Assembly: GCA_964016885.1 (NCBI GenBank)
Contig: OZ024740.1
Location: 345,588,001 to 345,652,000 of the forward strand
Direction of reading: 5' to 3'
Length of the DNA: 64,000 nucleotides
Source of the DNA: Eledone cirrhosa
Lineage: Eukaryota
Shown: positions 45,911 to 59,700 of the stretch, piece by piece
Numbering within the stretch: position 1 is the first letter of the stretch
How the letters are laid out: each line of letters starts with the position of its first letter
Program-made: the position numbers and the translations under genes
The notes under the pieces: model-generated
Databases searched by the model: none
Told to the model about the DNA's origin: nothing
The model's input: the letters and a program-made list of their open reading frames with translations, nothing else

Positions 45911-46999
45911 TTAGGTGGGGAGGGGTTGGGTGGAACAGTGTTTTGTGTTGTTATTTTTTCCGTGTTGTTGTGGTTGTATTTGTTGTTGTTGTTGTTGTTG
46001 TGGTGGTGGTGGTGGTGATGGTGGTTTTGTTGTTGTTTTCGGGGTTGGCAGAAGAGCCTTTTTTTTTTTACTCGTTAATTGAGCACAGGCAGCCCTCAGG
46101 TGACCCCTGCTTAAGCAGTGGTAACATGACGGCCGCCTTCCCTCCACTGAAATGTTTATATAAGTTAGCCCGTCCAGAGGCACGCGTTGTGGATTATTCG
46201 CTATTCGTTCTGGGCTCATTTGCACCAGAACTTCTACGGTGGTCCCACCAAATACACCAGCGGAGGACTTTTCTATTGAAATTATCTTGTCTTCGTCAAT
46301 GTTAATGATTCCACATAGTATCCACCAAATATTTACATTTGGTGTGATACTCATTATTTTTATTCTTTGTGTCCTTTTTCCCCTGTATGTGGGGGAAAAG
46401 GTGAAGCGGAGCGACACAATGGGTGATACCGAGTACTTTTGAGCTGTTGACTGGTTGTTCATTAGCACCGAAATGCTACCAAACAGTTTACCTTTTTGTA
46501 TGAAGGTTAAGTCCTTCATTGCATCTTTTAGAACCATCTCATTTTCATTTTGTGATAACTGAGCTGGTTTTCTTGTTTCGTTCGATATTGTCCTGAAAAC
46601 CACAGTTTTCAGGACAGCCTCTCTACGTAATTCCTGTGGAGAATTGATGCTAAAAGCACCGTTTTCGCCAAAAGTCACGAATTGTTTTGCGTCTTGTAAT
46701 AGTTGTTTAGCATTTGTTATGTCTATTGGCGTGTATAGTTCGTTTTTTTTTACAGTCTGTGCGAATGTTGTTTTGGTCTTATTCCATCTTCTTATGAAGT
46801 AATAAGATAGGAAACATTGGGACACTTTTCCAACTATATTAAGCGTTAAACTAATATATATCATCATTGCTCTATATTGTTCTTCTGTGATGTTTTGCCT
46901 GCCTGTGTTTTTATGTATGTGTGTGTGTGTGTGTGTGTTTTTTTGTGTGTGTGTGTGTGTGTATCTATGTGTGTCTGTCAGCGTTTGATTGTGGGCCAT
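45911..46999 (-). CDS. LINE ORF1 (gag-like, CCHC zinc knuckle); probably continued by frameshifted pieces down to 45237
   Basis: 362-aa ORF with CX2CX4HX4C followed by a P/Q/T-rich tail. The downstream ORFs end ~40 nt before the ORF2 ATG at 45194. Confidence 0.8.
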   Translation of the reverse strand: MAHNQTLTDTHRYTHTHTQKNTHTHTHIHKNTGRQNITEEQYRAMMIYISLTLNIVGKVSQCFLSYYFIRRWNKTKTTFAQTVKKNELYTPIDITNAKQLLQDAKQFVTFGENGAFSINSPQELRREAVLKTVVFRTISNETRKPAQLSQNENEMVLKDAMKDLTFIQKGKLFGSISVLMNNQSTAQKYSVSPIVSLRFTFSPTYRGKRTQRIKIMSITPNVNIWWILCGIINIDEDKIISIEKSSAGVFGGTTVEVLVQMSPERIANNPQRVPLDGLTYINISVEGRRPSCYHCLSRGHLRAACAQLTSKKKKALLPTPKTTTKPPSPPPPPQQQQQQQIQPQQHGKNNNTKHCSTQPLPT

Positions 47000-48186
47000 G
47001 TGTGCGTATAATAAGTAGATTCTGCATGAATCGTAATATAATTAAACAAGGGTGGTGGATTGTCAGAATCGGTAGAGCATCGGACAACATGCTTTATGGC
47101 ATAGGGTTACGCCCCTTTACGATATGGGTTCAAATCCTGCCGAGGTTAAATTTGCCTTTCATCGTTACCAGATTGATAAAATAATGTACCAGTAATGCAC
47201 TTGGGTCGATTTAATCGACTTTCTTCTCCCTTCAAATCGTTGGCTTTGTGTCTAGATCAGAAACCAATATAATTAAACATTCCTCGTTGTACATTAATAC
47301 CTCTAGAACTTGTCATATCTGTCTCTGGGAGAAGTATAACATTCCGTTTCCGATTTTCAAATAAAAAAAATATATACGGTTAAGGGAATTACAACATTTT
47401 AATTTCAGATATATCAACTAAAACCTGGCCAAAATAGTACAGTTTCTATTATATGGTAGGGAAAATATGAAAAAATCACGTGCTTTCAGGTGTTTATTGA
47501 TAAATACACTACGTGTTGAGTGCATAGTAATTTCCGAACGCATTTTCTAATACTCCTGTTTTGATGTATTTACCAACATTTGTATTCAAGAAATTTCAGC
47601 TTTTAATATAATATACTCAACTTAATTTATGTTTTGACCATGCACGGAAGAAAACGAGTAAAATGAAGGTGAAAACATGTTCAAACATTCATTTGCTTTA
47701 AATGTCATTTTGATGTTAAAAAATAAGAAAGCAATGATAGTTATTTTGTATAACTTATTTTTGTTCATTTGTTTATTTTTTTAATTGTTTGTGATCAATC
47801 TCTTCAATGTTTTAATAACATGTAACCAAGTTCTTCATTAGATAAAAATAAATGAATTTAAAAAAATAAAAAATTAAAATCAAAAACGAAATTAAATGAC
47901 TACTGTATTTTAAGTAGTAAAAACTTATAGGATTATTAATTAGAAAACTTGCTTCACTAGAAGAAGTATTGTACATTTTAATCTCAGCCAGACACATATA
48001 CAAACAAACACATATACACACACAGACACTCACACATACACACACACACACATATATATATATATATGCAAACACACACACATATATAAATATCTCTACT
48101 AATATCACCTCAATATAGAATAACAAATTATACAACTATACCAAAAGATTAGAATAACAATTTAGAAGAGTAAAAAAAAAACACAC

Positions 48187-48272
<86 letters not shown>

Positions 48273-49030
48273 GTGTGCGCGCGTATGTATATAAGTATAT
48301 ATATGTGTGTTTTGTGTGTATCAGAAGGAGAGAGGGGGAGGGGAGAAATAGAACGTTAAACTAAATGCCCTTTGGATATAACACTATTATTTTCTTAAAA
48401 CATTTTGTTGCAAAATTTTGAAAACCAACAGACAGACATGCCAATTTCTTCGGTTAATTCAAGATCCTTATTTACATTCCATGTGACATTTCTTGGAATC
48501 ATTTTAAAATTAATGCAAATAGCGTTATTTCTCTCCACTAGAAACAGAATTATATTTAGCCAACAAAGTAAATGTTTTGGTGCTTTTAATTAAAACGTAA
48601 CATACGCTTAATAAGTTATATCTACCAATTAATTTTAATTAGATCTAACCTCTACCAGATGTTTTTTTCGATTTACTTCTTGATTGTAATTACTTTCGTG
48701 AGGACATAGGCATATTATTTCAGCACTAAAGAAATTAGTTTCTTTGTCTTCGGCTTTCACTTCGCAATCACAGCTGTATAATACGTTATTTTAAACTCAT
48801 TGTAGCTATCTGAATTTCAAGTATTTTCAAGTGTGCGCACGGGCGTTTGAGTGTGTGCGTGTGAGCCGTTCACACGCGCGTATATATGTATTAGTTTATG
48901 TATGTAAATTTGGTAATTTAGAAGAGTTAATTGTTATACGAAAGAATGCAATGATCTTTTAGTTTTATAGTGATAGGAAAAACATACTAAATTCATTTAC
49001 GTATATATAAGAAAGAATGTTTGTGCATAA

Positions 49031-49140
<110 letters not shown>

Positions 49141-49561
49141 TGGTGTTTTAAACATAAAACCTGTTGGATTGTAATTTTTTTCAACAACTGCGAATTTGTA
49201 TTGCTGTGTCTCAATATTTAGCGTAGGCCATATAACAGAACAGCGTTTTATTGGGACTCGACGTTTCAGCTTTGGTGGTGCTTTTAATTGAGATTACTGG
49301 GTATAATTATAGTGACGCACAGATGATACATGCGCACGTGCATGCAGAAATATATAAAATTTGGAGATATATACGTTGTCACTTTCTTTTGATTCTTTTA
49401 ATAAAAAATGAGAAAGCTTTTTTTAACATCGAAACAATAGCCTATTGCTGGTATGTAGGCAGCAACACTAAAAAACTATATATGATGGTTCTATAAAGCG
49501 TTTTAAAAGCAGAGAGACTGAACATTGAAAATTTCGTGATCACTCGTTTTTCTGTTTTCTA

Positions 49562-49733
<172 letters not shown>

Positions 49734-52547
49734 GAGAGAGAGAGAGCGAGAAGGCGAAAGGCAGTGTGGAATTAGTGTGCAAAAGGATTTGTAACTGTAA
49801 TCCACGATGTACAGGTGTCTGCTTTTCTTTCTTCTCATCCATCTTTGTAGCCAATGCAGACCGAAATGTTTGGCACCATATAAATTTGGGGCACATTGCC
49901 CCATTAAAATACCTCCTCTTCTATAGTTTTGTCATCTACATACCGAATTTTTAAGATTCGTACTTGTTGAAATACATGTGCTTTCAGAAATGGTTAGTGT
50001 AGATACATAGGACATATGATTTGCTTGCTAATATGAGTTGAAATGACGTAGTGTCTAGGTGATCGAATAGTGATCTTTCACCTCAATAGTCAGATGAGCC
50101 GATAAGCTAAAAAACGGCGATGTTTTATTAGGCACTGGATTTAGAGGAGCGCTTATAGTTGTTTGAGTAAACTGATTTCCGTACAGAGCTACGGATAGGG
50201 AATGATCAAATCCTGTCAAGACCAGCTGTGCTTTCCTGTCCTTTATATTTGATAAACGAAGTAACAATTTAGAGAAATAGATTTTTGTGATTATTTGGGT
50301 CCTCGAATTTAGTAAATTGAGATTTGTCTCTGTATATTCCTAGGCTACATTTCTATTAACCACGAAGGAAGAAAAAGAGCTGAGGGACGGCTTGAATCCA
50401 ACTATAGAACGATTGTTCAAATTAACTATATAAATGCTACCAAGCTAAACTGTATTCTATGTCAATGTTAGTATCGTCCTCGAGTGTAAGGGAAATATAC
50501 TTATATATATTTTTATAAGCAATAGCATTCTTCCTGGTCTTTATTTAACTATACAAATAAAGCTGCTCTGAAGTAGCATTGAAGGCCACTGATAAGATTT
50601 TTTTAAAATAATACCATACAACATACATTAGCCCACTGCATTCCACTTTCTTTTCTTCTTACATAGACGAATATTTCCAGTTGATCTCATGATCGCATTT
50701 TGATGCCTATGAAGCGGATTACCTGTAATAATGTATCACACATGTTGGTATCGGTATTGGAACTGTAAACGTATTTCGGGATATTCACTTATCAACATGT
50801 ATTTATGTATGTATGTATGTATGTAGAGATGACCCTTTAGCCTTTGTCAAGGCAGAATTCTAGGAGAAGGAAAACTCTGATATAACACCTGCAACCCTGA
50901 TGGTATCCAATGATGTTGACTTGTTCTTCTTTTTGGTAAATATCATCTTGGTTAAGAGAGTGGGACTGGCTTTGTGCAGTGCCTTTGCTCACTATAAAAG
51001 CTTCACGGCACAGGAATTGCTTTATATCTGGAGATCTCTCTGCACTTGTCGTCACATGGTACCATGGGCCCAGCACTGTGTGTCAATAATTGTCACAGGT
51101 GTAGTGTTTGTACCAGAATTTTCAAGTCGCTGGCTGGACTAAAAAGTCACACTCGTTCAGCTCATCGGTAGGGGTTCTCCTACATGGATATAAAGTAGTG
51201 GCCGTACTCGAAAACGAGTTGGCAGCCACCATGTATGTATGTATGTATGCATGAATGCAGGTACGTATGAATGTATGCATATATTTACATACGTTTCTTT
51301 GTGTATGTGTGTGTGTGAGTGTGTACGTGCGTGTGAGTGTACGTGGGTGTGACCATGTTACGTATATTTTTGCTTGGTTCCATTTAGCGGTTTCAGATAT
51401 GACGCCCGTGTATTATACGATAATTTGTTACTATATAATTTGATGCGTTACCAGTAGTTACGCGATACACTCTTTCTTTCCAACTCTAATAAATACATTT
51501 AATTAGATAGCTTCTTTGTTTGCGAGAATATAGGGAAAGTATAACATAGTCATATATTTCTTTGTTTACTTTCTATACAGTTACTATCGTTGAAGTATCG
51601 TCAGTGTGTATGTGTTGTCTTAGTCTTGCCATTTTTGTGTATAACGTTGCCATACTCGACAATGTGACGACAACCACCATGATTGTATATATGATGGTAT
51701 GTAGATAGGTGGGTCAGCAGATATCTATGCATACCTTTATTTATGTAGTGTGTATGTATTTGTGCATGAATTTATGTATATGTGTGTATATCATATATAT
51801 ATTTTAGGGTTAATAAAGGATAACAAAAATGGGAAATAATTTTTTCTTCATGTCAACTATAAACCATGAGATATAACAAAGAAATATCTAAAAATAATAC
51901 ATTTGCAATAAACAAGTATAAAAAGAATCAAATTACTTAAAGTAAAAGAATGTTCCTTTCTGATTAGTCTCTTCTAATATAAAATAAAGAGACGACTGGA
52001 TTTCATGTACAGTGAAATCTAAATTACCGAAATAATTTACGACGACAATTGAATTAGATAAATTGATATACCAGTTGCTGGCTTTCAGAAATCTACTATA
52101 CCGTCTCATTTCTTCACTTTCCCTTGTTCTATGACTCCCTTTTCCTTTTCTGTATTTCGCTTGCACCCGTCTATTTTTACATTTCTTTCCAGCATTCTCT
52201 CTCTAAAATACATTGCACTCTATTCAATATTGCAGAGGTTTTGTTTATAAATAAATGCATTGCAATAATAGAGAACACATCGTTCAAATAAATAACTAAG
52301 AAGAAAAATAAAAATAATTACAGTCACACCATCCCACAATACTCCACAGCCATATTAAAAAGAGAAGTACTAAACAGACGAATGTGAAATATGAGCTAAT
52401 GATTAAAATTCCTCTTCCAGATTGACGTCTAGGTACTGAAATCAGAAAGTTCTAATCGCTAAGCCAGACGGTAATATCGTAAAGAATTACCGAAAATTTA
52501 TAAACGAATTAATAGATTAAATGAAACAAGAAGTTAAAAATAAACTG

Positions 52548-52629
<82 letters not shown>

Positions 52630-52734
52630 TTCTTCTTTGTTCTTTCTTCGATTCCAATCCCTTCAATCTCCAATATATTTTGGGCGAGCACAACATCCAT
52701 ATAGAGTTATAATTATACACATAGATATATTTTT

Positions 52735-53345
52735 ATATTTCTTTATTAGCCACAGGGGCACAAAAGAAGGGGACAAATACAAAGGGGGAAGTTTACATAC
52801 AATAAAAACGTGTAAAATGTTATCACAGATGGAATTTAAAAGTTAGTCGATTTTCCCCAATAGAGGGAGACAGTTTATATGGGTAACACATACCCCCGAA
52901 AAAAATGTGCAACCCTCATCTCCAGGAGTACGAAGAGCTTGTACTCCTTTCCTCTCCTCCTCCTTTTCCTCAATCTACAGGCTGATATAGAGAGAAGGCC
53001 CATTCACTCGGGCCATTCTCGCCACTTTCACCCACCTTTCATAAAACTTGCTGGGGTACAGCACCTCTCTCTCCATCCTGATTCTTCTTCCAAAGTGGTA
53101 TTTGAAAAAAAGAATCAGTTGTTGGCCGGAGAGAAAGGTGTCTGACCTCAGCCCTTTCAACCTTGTCCACCATACAACCTCTTTCGCCATAGCTATCACA
53201 CAAAGGAAAACCGCCTCTCCTTCGTTTTTGAAGGAGGGTGGCGGTTTGATCATGACAATGGACTCGGTGGTCAACTGGATTGGTCCCACCCGCGACAATA
53301 GTCGTTCTACATATCCCCACAGGTCAGTGACGCCCGGGCAGTGTA
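52735..53345 (-). mobile_element. Short 3' fragment of the same L1/Tx1 family
   Basis: RVGPIQLTTESIV...AKEVVWWTRLKG is near-identical to 41750-42110, and the 3' UTR is the same. Confidence 0.92.
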
Positions 53346-56300
53346 TGATAGATAGATAGAGATGAGGGAATGAGAGAACAAGAATAGAATAGAGAATATT
53401 ATGTTTGTAGTAACTATGGCGACAGTGTGTTGACTATAGCAACGCAGTGTCGCCACCTGTGGGTAACACAAAAATATAGCGAATTACTTCCCTTATCTCG
53501 GCATTCTCTAAAAGAAGAGACGCCAATGCAAAACTCAAGAGATTTGGTTTTTGATCCCAGTCGCCTTTGTCCTGCCACGTGGACGTACTTTGTGAAAACT
53601 CCTATTTTTGACCAAGAGATTTTCATATCTCTTCTTGTAATGTAAGAATTAAGCCATTGCCGTTTAGCTTGCAGGGTATGTCCTGTGAATTTAATTATTA
53701 TGTTGTGTTTTTTAGCCTTTTTTATCGTTAAAGTCCTTCTGCTTTAATTAATAATCTTAGAGAGATGAGATGTCGTTCACACACCTGGACGATATATCGT
53801 TATTTCTTTATGTTTATATATTTCTCAAGGAAAATAAAGTTGTACGCTATAATCGAAATGTTCATCAATTCTCGTTTTACGGGCTCACAACAATATAATT
53901 TCTCTTATCTTGAATTTAGTGAAGGGGAGAAAGTATTCTTTGCTGAAGAGGTATGTACCCAAAGCATGTCCGTATTTGTCATCCGTTTTCGAACTGATTA
54001 ATATGAAATATTTTTAACCATTGATCTATTATTCACTTAACCTCTTTATAGTATTGTTAATTACTTAGAAAGTATTTTCTTTTGCTATTTTAAAGACAAT
54101 ATCCCGGTCTTTTGATTTAATCGTAACGATCATTTTCTTACCAAAACTCAAGATCAGATATATTAATTACAGAAAAGGGCGTATGAAATTACGGGACGTT
54201 TATGTCTTTCGCGTAGAAATTATTTACATAAGTCAAGTGATTTAACTTCAATGAATACTCGAAACTAGATCTGCACACGTTCATATATTCGATTAAGTCA
54301 AGTTGCGAAATGTTCAATAAATGTCTTGCTTCTGCTGCTGCGCTTGCTGTAGATAGTGTTATTCAGCTCTGATCGAGTAGACCTATGATGAAAAACCTCC
54401 CAATCGTGATCATCCAGTCTTCACTTTATTTATGTTATATGTAGGACTACTTTATCAGATGTCCCGTTCCTATTTTATGACTGTAGTTGGTAAATTTTCG
54501 AAAGTCGAATGACCAGGCAGAGACTCCATTAGTCTGCTCACTAAAATCCTTCTTATTCTCGCCAATGCGATTCTGATAGCATAGAACAGCTGCGATTTCA
54601 ATGTAATTTCCACTTACGTATGAATCACATTTACCTTTATTCATTTTATAGTTGATAAAATCTTACCAGTCTGAAAGGAAATATTGTACACAACATACCA
54701 TGCTAGGGTGCAGTTCCTGCCACCAACTCTTCTTATTTTAAGTTAATCGATACAAATAACAGTCATCTCTCTCACATTTCAGCTTAGAACTAAACGCATA
54801 CTTTATTTATTGTGTTCTCGGTATATAAAACACGGGATAGTTCCTAACATAAAATGCACAGGACATTCCGTCTGCTTGATGACTTGGAGCTAAACAATAA
54901 CCTCAGCAGCAATGATGATGAAGATGTCAACATCAACTACATGTGTTCCAAAGTTGCCGCCGTAGATGTATTTTGTAATTGGTTGGTAAAATCAATTATA
55001 AGAAATCTAGTTCACCTAACAGTTGAAAAATGGAAATATACATATGAAGACGCTCTAGAATAAACAACACATTCATCAAGAGAAGAATTATGAGTCGTGA
55101 ATTTATTTCAGAAATCATCTCAAATATATATCGAGGTTTTCATGAGACACTTTGTATCGAAAATATATTGAAGAATGTTCAAATACTACATCCTCGAGCA
55201 ATTTACACCAATGAAACAAAGTTCAAAGCAAAAGTAGTTAGGAACAAAAACTTGATTCGTATTTTTTTATGAGATAATACAATTTTTTTATGAGATAATA
55301 CAATTTGTCTAGTTAACGCCATGCAACAAATTAAATATAATCAATATAACAAGTGACGAATGGAGAATTTTACATCATAGATATGTAGAAATAATTAAAA
55401 CAATTTTTTACAATGGTTCCATACACAAATAGCTAAATTGGAATATTGGCACAGTTTGGGATGAGGGAAAACAAATATTTCTATCATTGCTATCTAAAAT
55501 ATATGACTAATAGTATAATGATAACCACCAACTTCTTGTTTTACACACTATCGAATACTTCTTCTACATATAGAAAAGTGTTTTCATGACACTTAACAAC
55601 ATTCCAGATTAAATTCAAACGAAGAATACTTGATTGATTGGGAAAAGGATCCTCACAGTTATACAGAGCTGTTGTCTATTCTCATTCAATTTCTACCACT
55701 ACAATAATGGCCTATGCTTCTTAAGTATGGCTGGCCTCATGTTATTTTTACTTAATCACCCTGATTTGCCCCCCCCCAGTTATCTCGTGGCCTCACAATA
55801 ACCACCACGCTTGGTCCTTTCTTCTTCATTGTCTTCTCTTACGAATTCTAATCTCCACAATTTTTGGTTTCCCGTTTATTTAAGAGGAGGTTTAACTGTA
55901 TCCTTTTTGGAATTCCAGACGATCTGTGAAGGCTATAGTCACATCCTCTCCTTTGTCACCAAAAGAATAAATAATAAAGATATACGTTTGAAGAAAGAAA
56001 ATCCGGAGTGTCATCAATGGAATGTCATATATCATAAGCATGAGTGAACTGATCAGATGATATACAAAATCAATATCAGCGGGCATAAAACATGTATAGC
56101 CTGGTGGTATAGATGTTTAATTTTCAGCCACATAGATTTCGATCGAAACATACTGTGCGGGCACCTGTGAATATCTGTTTCTATTACACATTTGTATTGT
56201 CAATAAAATAGAGCAGTCAGATTCGCAGTGACAGACGGTTAGATGGATTATGCCCTTTCATCAATGGTCTCATGGTTTAATACCATCACAATTGTCTGAA

Positions 56301-56468
56301 GTGCCTTCGACTTAGTCAACTCCATTAGAAGGATACTCATTAGGTTTTGATCTGAAAATACCCACGATTCTTTCTCGTAAACTACAAACAATATCTGCAT
56401 AGAATATTATGAGAACTGGATTTCCACTTTTGACTGAACTATGAGAAATATATTAACTGCAAATTATT

Positions 56469-56577
56469 ATATATTGCATCCCATCACATCTAACCACATA
56501 TATTATATATTGCATCCCATCACATCTAACCACATATATAATATATTGCATCCCATCACATCTAACCACATATATAT
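56469..56577 (+). repeat. 3 x ~34-bp minisatellite
   Basis: atatattgcatcccatcacatctaaccacatatat occurs three times. Confidence 0.9.
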
Positions 56578-58656
56578 CTCGTAAAATGAATGCTCTAGCA
56601 GTAGCTATTGATATTATTTCTAGAACCCCTTAAATATATCGATTTCCAAGAAATATATAATCATTGAATATTTACGGAGTGAGATAGATATAAGTAGCAA
56701 TTATTGTTCCCTACAGTGCCACAAGATCAGCAATTTAGGGGATGGGCAAAGAAAGCTTATTGTATCGACCTCAGAAAGATGAAAGTCAATGTTTACCACG
56801 TCGGAGTTTGAACTCAGAATGTAAAAAGCTGAAACAAATGTCGTAAAACCTTTTATCCAAGTCTCTAACGATTCTGCCAATCCAACACCCTTAGCTGATA
56901 ATGGTTTTTGATTTAAGTTCATGGCTAAAATATTTGTGGTAGGATAAAGTCATTTATATCTACCACCATTGCGTTACTGGTACGTCATTGTATCCACTCC
57001 CCAAATTAGCTGCAATGTAGCAACCGTTTGCAAAGTATTCATTTAAGGATAAAGAAACAAATGATTTTAAACGATCGAGATATGATTGCGTAAGGCACAT
57101 GCTTTTTCCTAAATGATTAGTACCGAAAGTGAGAAAAATTTACTATTCTTATGAATGTGTTAAAATACATAACAACTGATATAGCAGATTTGATTCAACT
57201 GAAAAAGCAAAGAAAAAACCTTTTAACAAAACCTTATACAAATGAAAAACACTGATATTAGATTTAAAATTAGTTATTTTGTCTGTATGTATATCTTTCT
57301 TAATTTTCCTAACTTATAAATATTATCTTTACTTTTTCCGGTAAAGTACACTGCATGTTGGTTATAGAATTGGATAAAATATTCGGTGGTAGTTAGTTCC
57401 ATCTTTTTAAGTTCTGAGTTCAAATACTACAGAGGTCTACTTTCTTGTTCATCTTTTTGCTGTTCATCTTTTTTGTTAACATAAATATTATACAATTACT
57501 GGAATGAAATAAAAATGAAGCCTAAGCAGTTGAATTTATCTGCACTAGAAATATATAGTAATAATTCACTCAATGAGCTGAATTCATACCTTCTATTTCG
57601 AATTCCAGCAGGAAAAAGTTTCTTTCCAATTATATAATTCCTCACGTGCACTCATGTCTCCAAAATATCCCAACTTACTGTTACTCCGGGAAAAAGAACA
57701 AAAAAACAAAAACAAAAAAATGCAAGCAAATATAACTTAGCTGTTTATGTTATTTATTAACAGTTGCTTTTCAGATTGTTATTTGCTAACAAATCAATAC
57801 ATTTATAGGCGTAAGCCTCCATAGCAAGCTTTGGAGTTAATCCTGTGTAGTTGAGCCTTCTCATTTCTTTAATATTTACGTCTTGCTTTTATGGCATCAT
57901 GAAAACAGTTGTTGGGGTTATAAATTACAAAACATCGATGAAAACAGTTTACCGGAAGCTATTATTTATTCATTGGCGAGAAAAAATTTTCAAGAAAGAA
58001 ATCTTGAAAAATGGAACTTATTTCTAGCAATGCGAGTAATACCGTTTGATTCAAAATATTATTTTTTTTTTACAGATGAAGGAAAACCGAATAAACAACA
58101 GGATTTGTGGAATTAAAACAAAAAATAATTATATTTTATTCTTTAAAATGTAATTTACTCGCAAAATATTTTCATTAGTAAAAGAAAGAAAGAAAAACAA
58201 AAGAAGAAACCATTTTTGGTGTTGAGAAAGTGTTATTATTTTAAAATTCTACGTAAAGCGAAGAAATCCAAACAATATACATAAAAATGAATAAAATGAT
58301 GGCGGACGAAAATGAAATTCGAGTGTGTTTAATATTTTAATGAAAACATTATGAAACGTCTTCTCCGATATGTAAACAACTTTGTGAAACCATGCTTCCG
58401 GAGGAAATAATATGAAATAAAGTTTTGATACTCAAAAGAAAAAAACTGAAGAAAGTTGAAAATATATTTTGAAATAACAGTTTTTGTTTCTAAAAATATA
58501 ATAATAAACTGCAGGGGAAATGTTTAAATGTAACTATCAACATATACGCAGTCGCGCGGACATATACACACTAACAGACACACAAAGAGAAACACACATA
58601 CGCACCTATATATATATGTATATATATGTGTGTATATATGTATACATATGAATATG

Positions 58657-58705
<49 letters not shown>

Positions 58706-58738
58706 GTGTTTATTAAGCATTAGAGAGAGAGTGAGAGT

Positions 58739-58811
<73 letters not shown>

Positions 58812-58959
58812 ATATATATATACATACACACACTCTTATATATATAGAGATAGATATATAATTAAAAATATCCAAGGTACTGAGCATCTCAAGTCCGTCG
58901 GATAGAAAGCAGATTAGAATGACTAGCGAAGACGGAGGCTTACACTTAAAGATTATACA

Positions 58960-59700
58960 CTTAAAGATTATATGAAGTTTACACCTAGACTCATTATCCC
59001 CCGTCTAGTCACTAAGAACCTACTTAGAACTTTGAATAGGAATATTAATAAACAACGTAAGCTTAACCAATAGGAAAATAGCCAAACGGTATTAGATTGG
59101 TTTAACTCCGTTAAGAATGCGGATAGAATCAGATTCACCCAATTCAATATCGTAGATTTATACCCGTCGATATCCAGTGACATACTCGATAAGACCCAGA
59201 CTTCGCCCATAGATTTAACGTTATACATGACTTGGGCCAACTGTTAGTATCACACTGCCGTAACAGCTTCCTCATTCAAACTGGCGAAGCCTGAATATAG
59301 ATATCCGCGGCAAACAACTGCTTTGAGGTTCCCATGGGATCAGTTCACGGCGCAGATATTTGTATTTTTTATGTGAAATTGGGGCTATATTCTGGATACC
59401 TTATGCACGAAATTCTCGGGTTTCCATACGAGATTATACTGTAATGATTGTCTGGCACCTACGTGCCACGAAAATGGCCACAGGTTCGACACCTTCTGGA
59501 AATAATTAATCACAACTTTTACTGAGGTATGGCGAAACGTCACCGTTTCCACCAACCTCACTACTGTTAACGTCTTAGACTTCAACCTAGACCTATGTAC
59601 AGAAACCCATAAACACTTTCATAAGCCTAGTGAAAACCTTAGGTACACAAAAAAGAAATTCTGCCACCCCATATATCTTCAAAACTTATGTATATTAGCA
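58960..59700 (+). mobile_element. Decayed Penelope-like (Naiad-type) reverse transcriptase fragment
   Basis: LNQ*ENSQTVLDWFNSV...FTQFNIVDLYPSIS; FEVPMGSVHGADIC; VNVLDFNLDL...HFHKPSENLRY. Confidence 0.8.

Larger units (their letters stand above)
41500..47000 (-). mobile_element. Near-full-length L1/Tx1-clade non-LTR retrotransposon (ORF1 plus frameshifted ORF2: APE endonuclease, RT, C-terminal Zn motif)
   Basis: ORF1 has a CYHCLSRGHLRAAC knuckle. The endonuclease has IRVGCVNARGL, GDWN, SYLDR and SDH; the RT has KSPGLDGLP, NFRPITLLN, QGCPLS and YADD. The C-terminus has CPRC...ETVAHAFVHC. Confidence 0.95.

Noticed and set aside
53445-53463. CTCF-like motif (gtcgccacctgtgg) and nearby splice-donor-like sites
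   Set aside because: It is a single short motif with no independent support from sequence alone.
54667-54670. Possible 4-nt microexon on the minus strand (ttcctttcag|ACTG|gtaaga)
   Set aside because: Such a match could arise by chance, and there is no gene model to attach it to.
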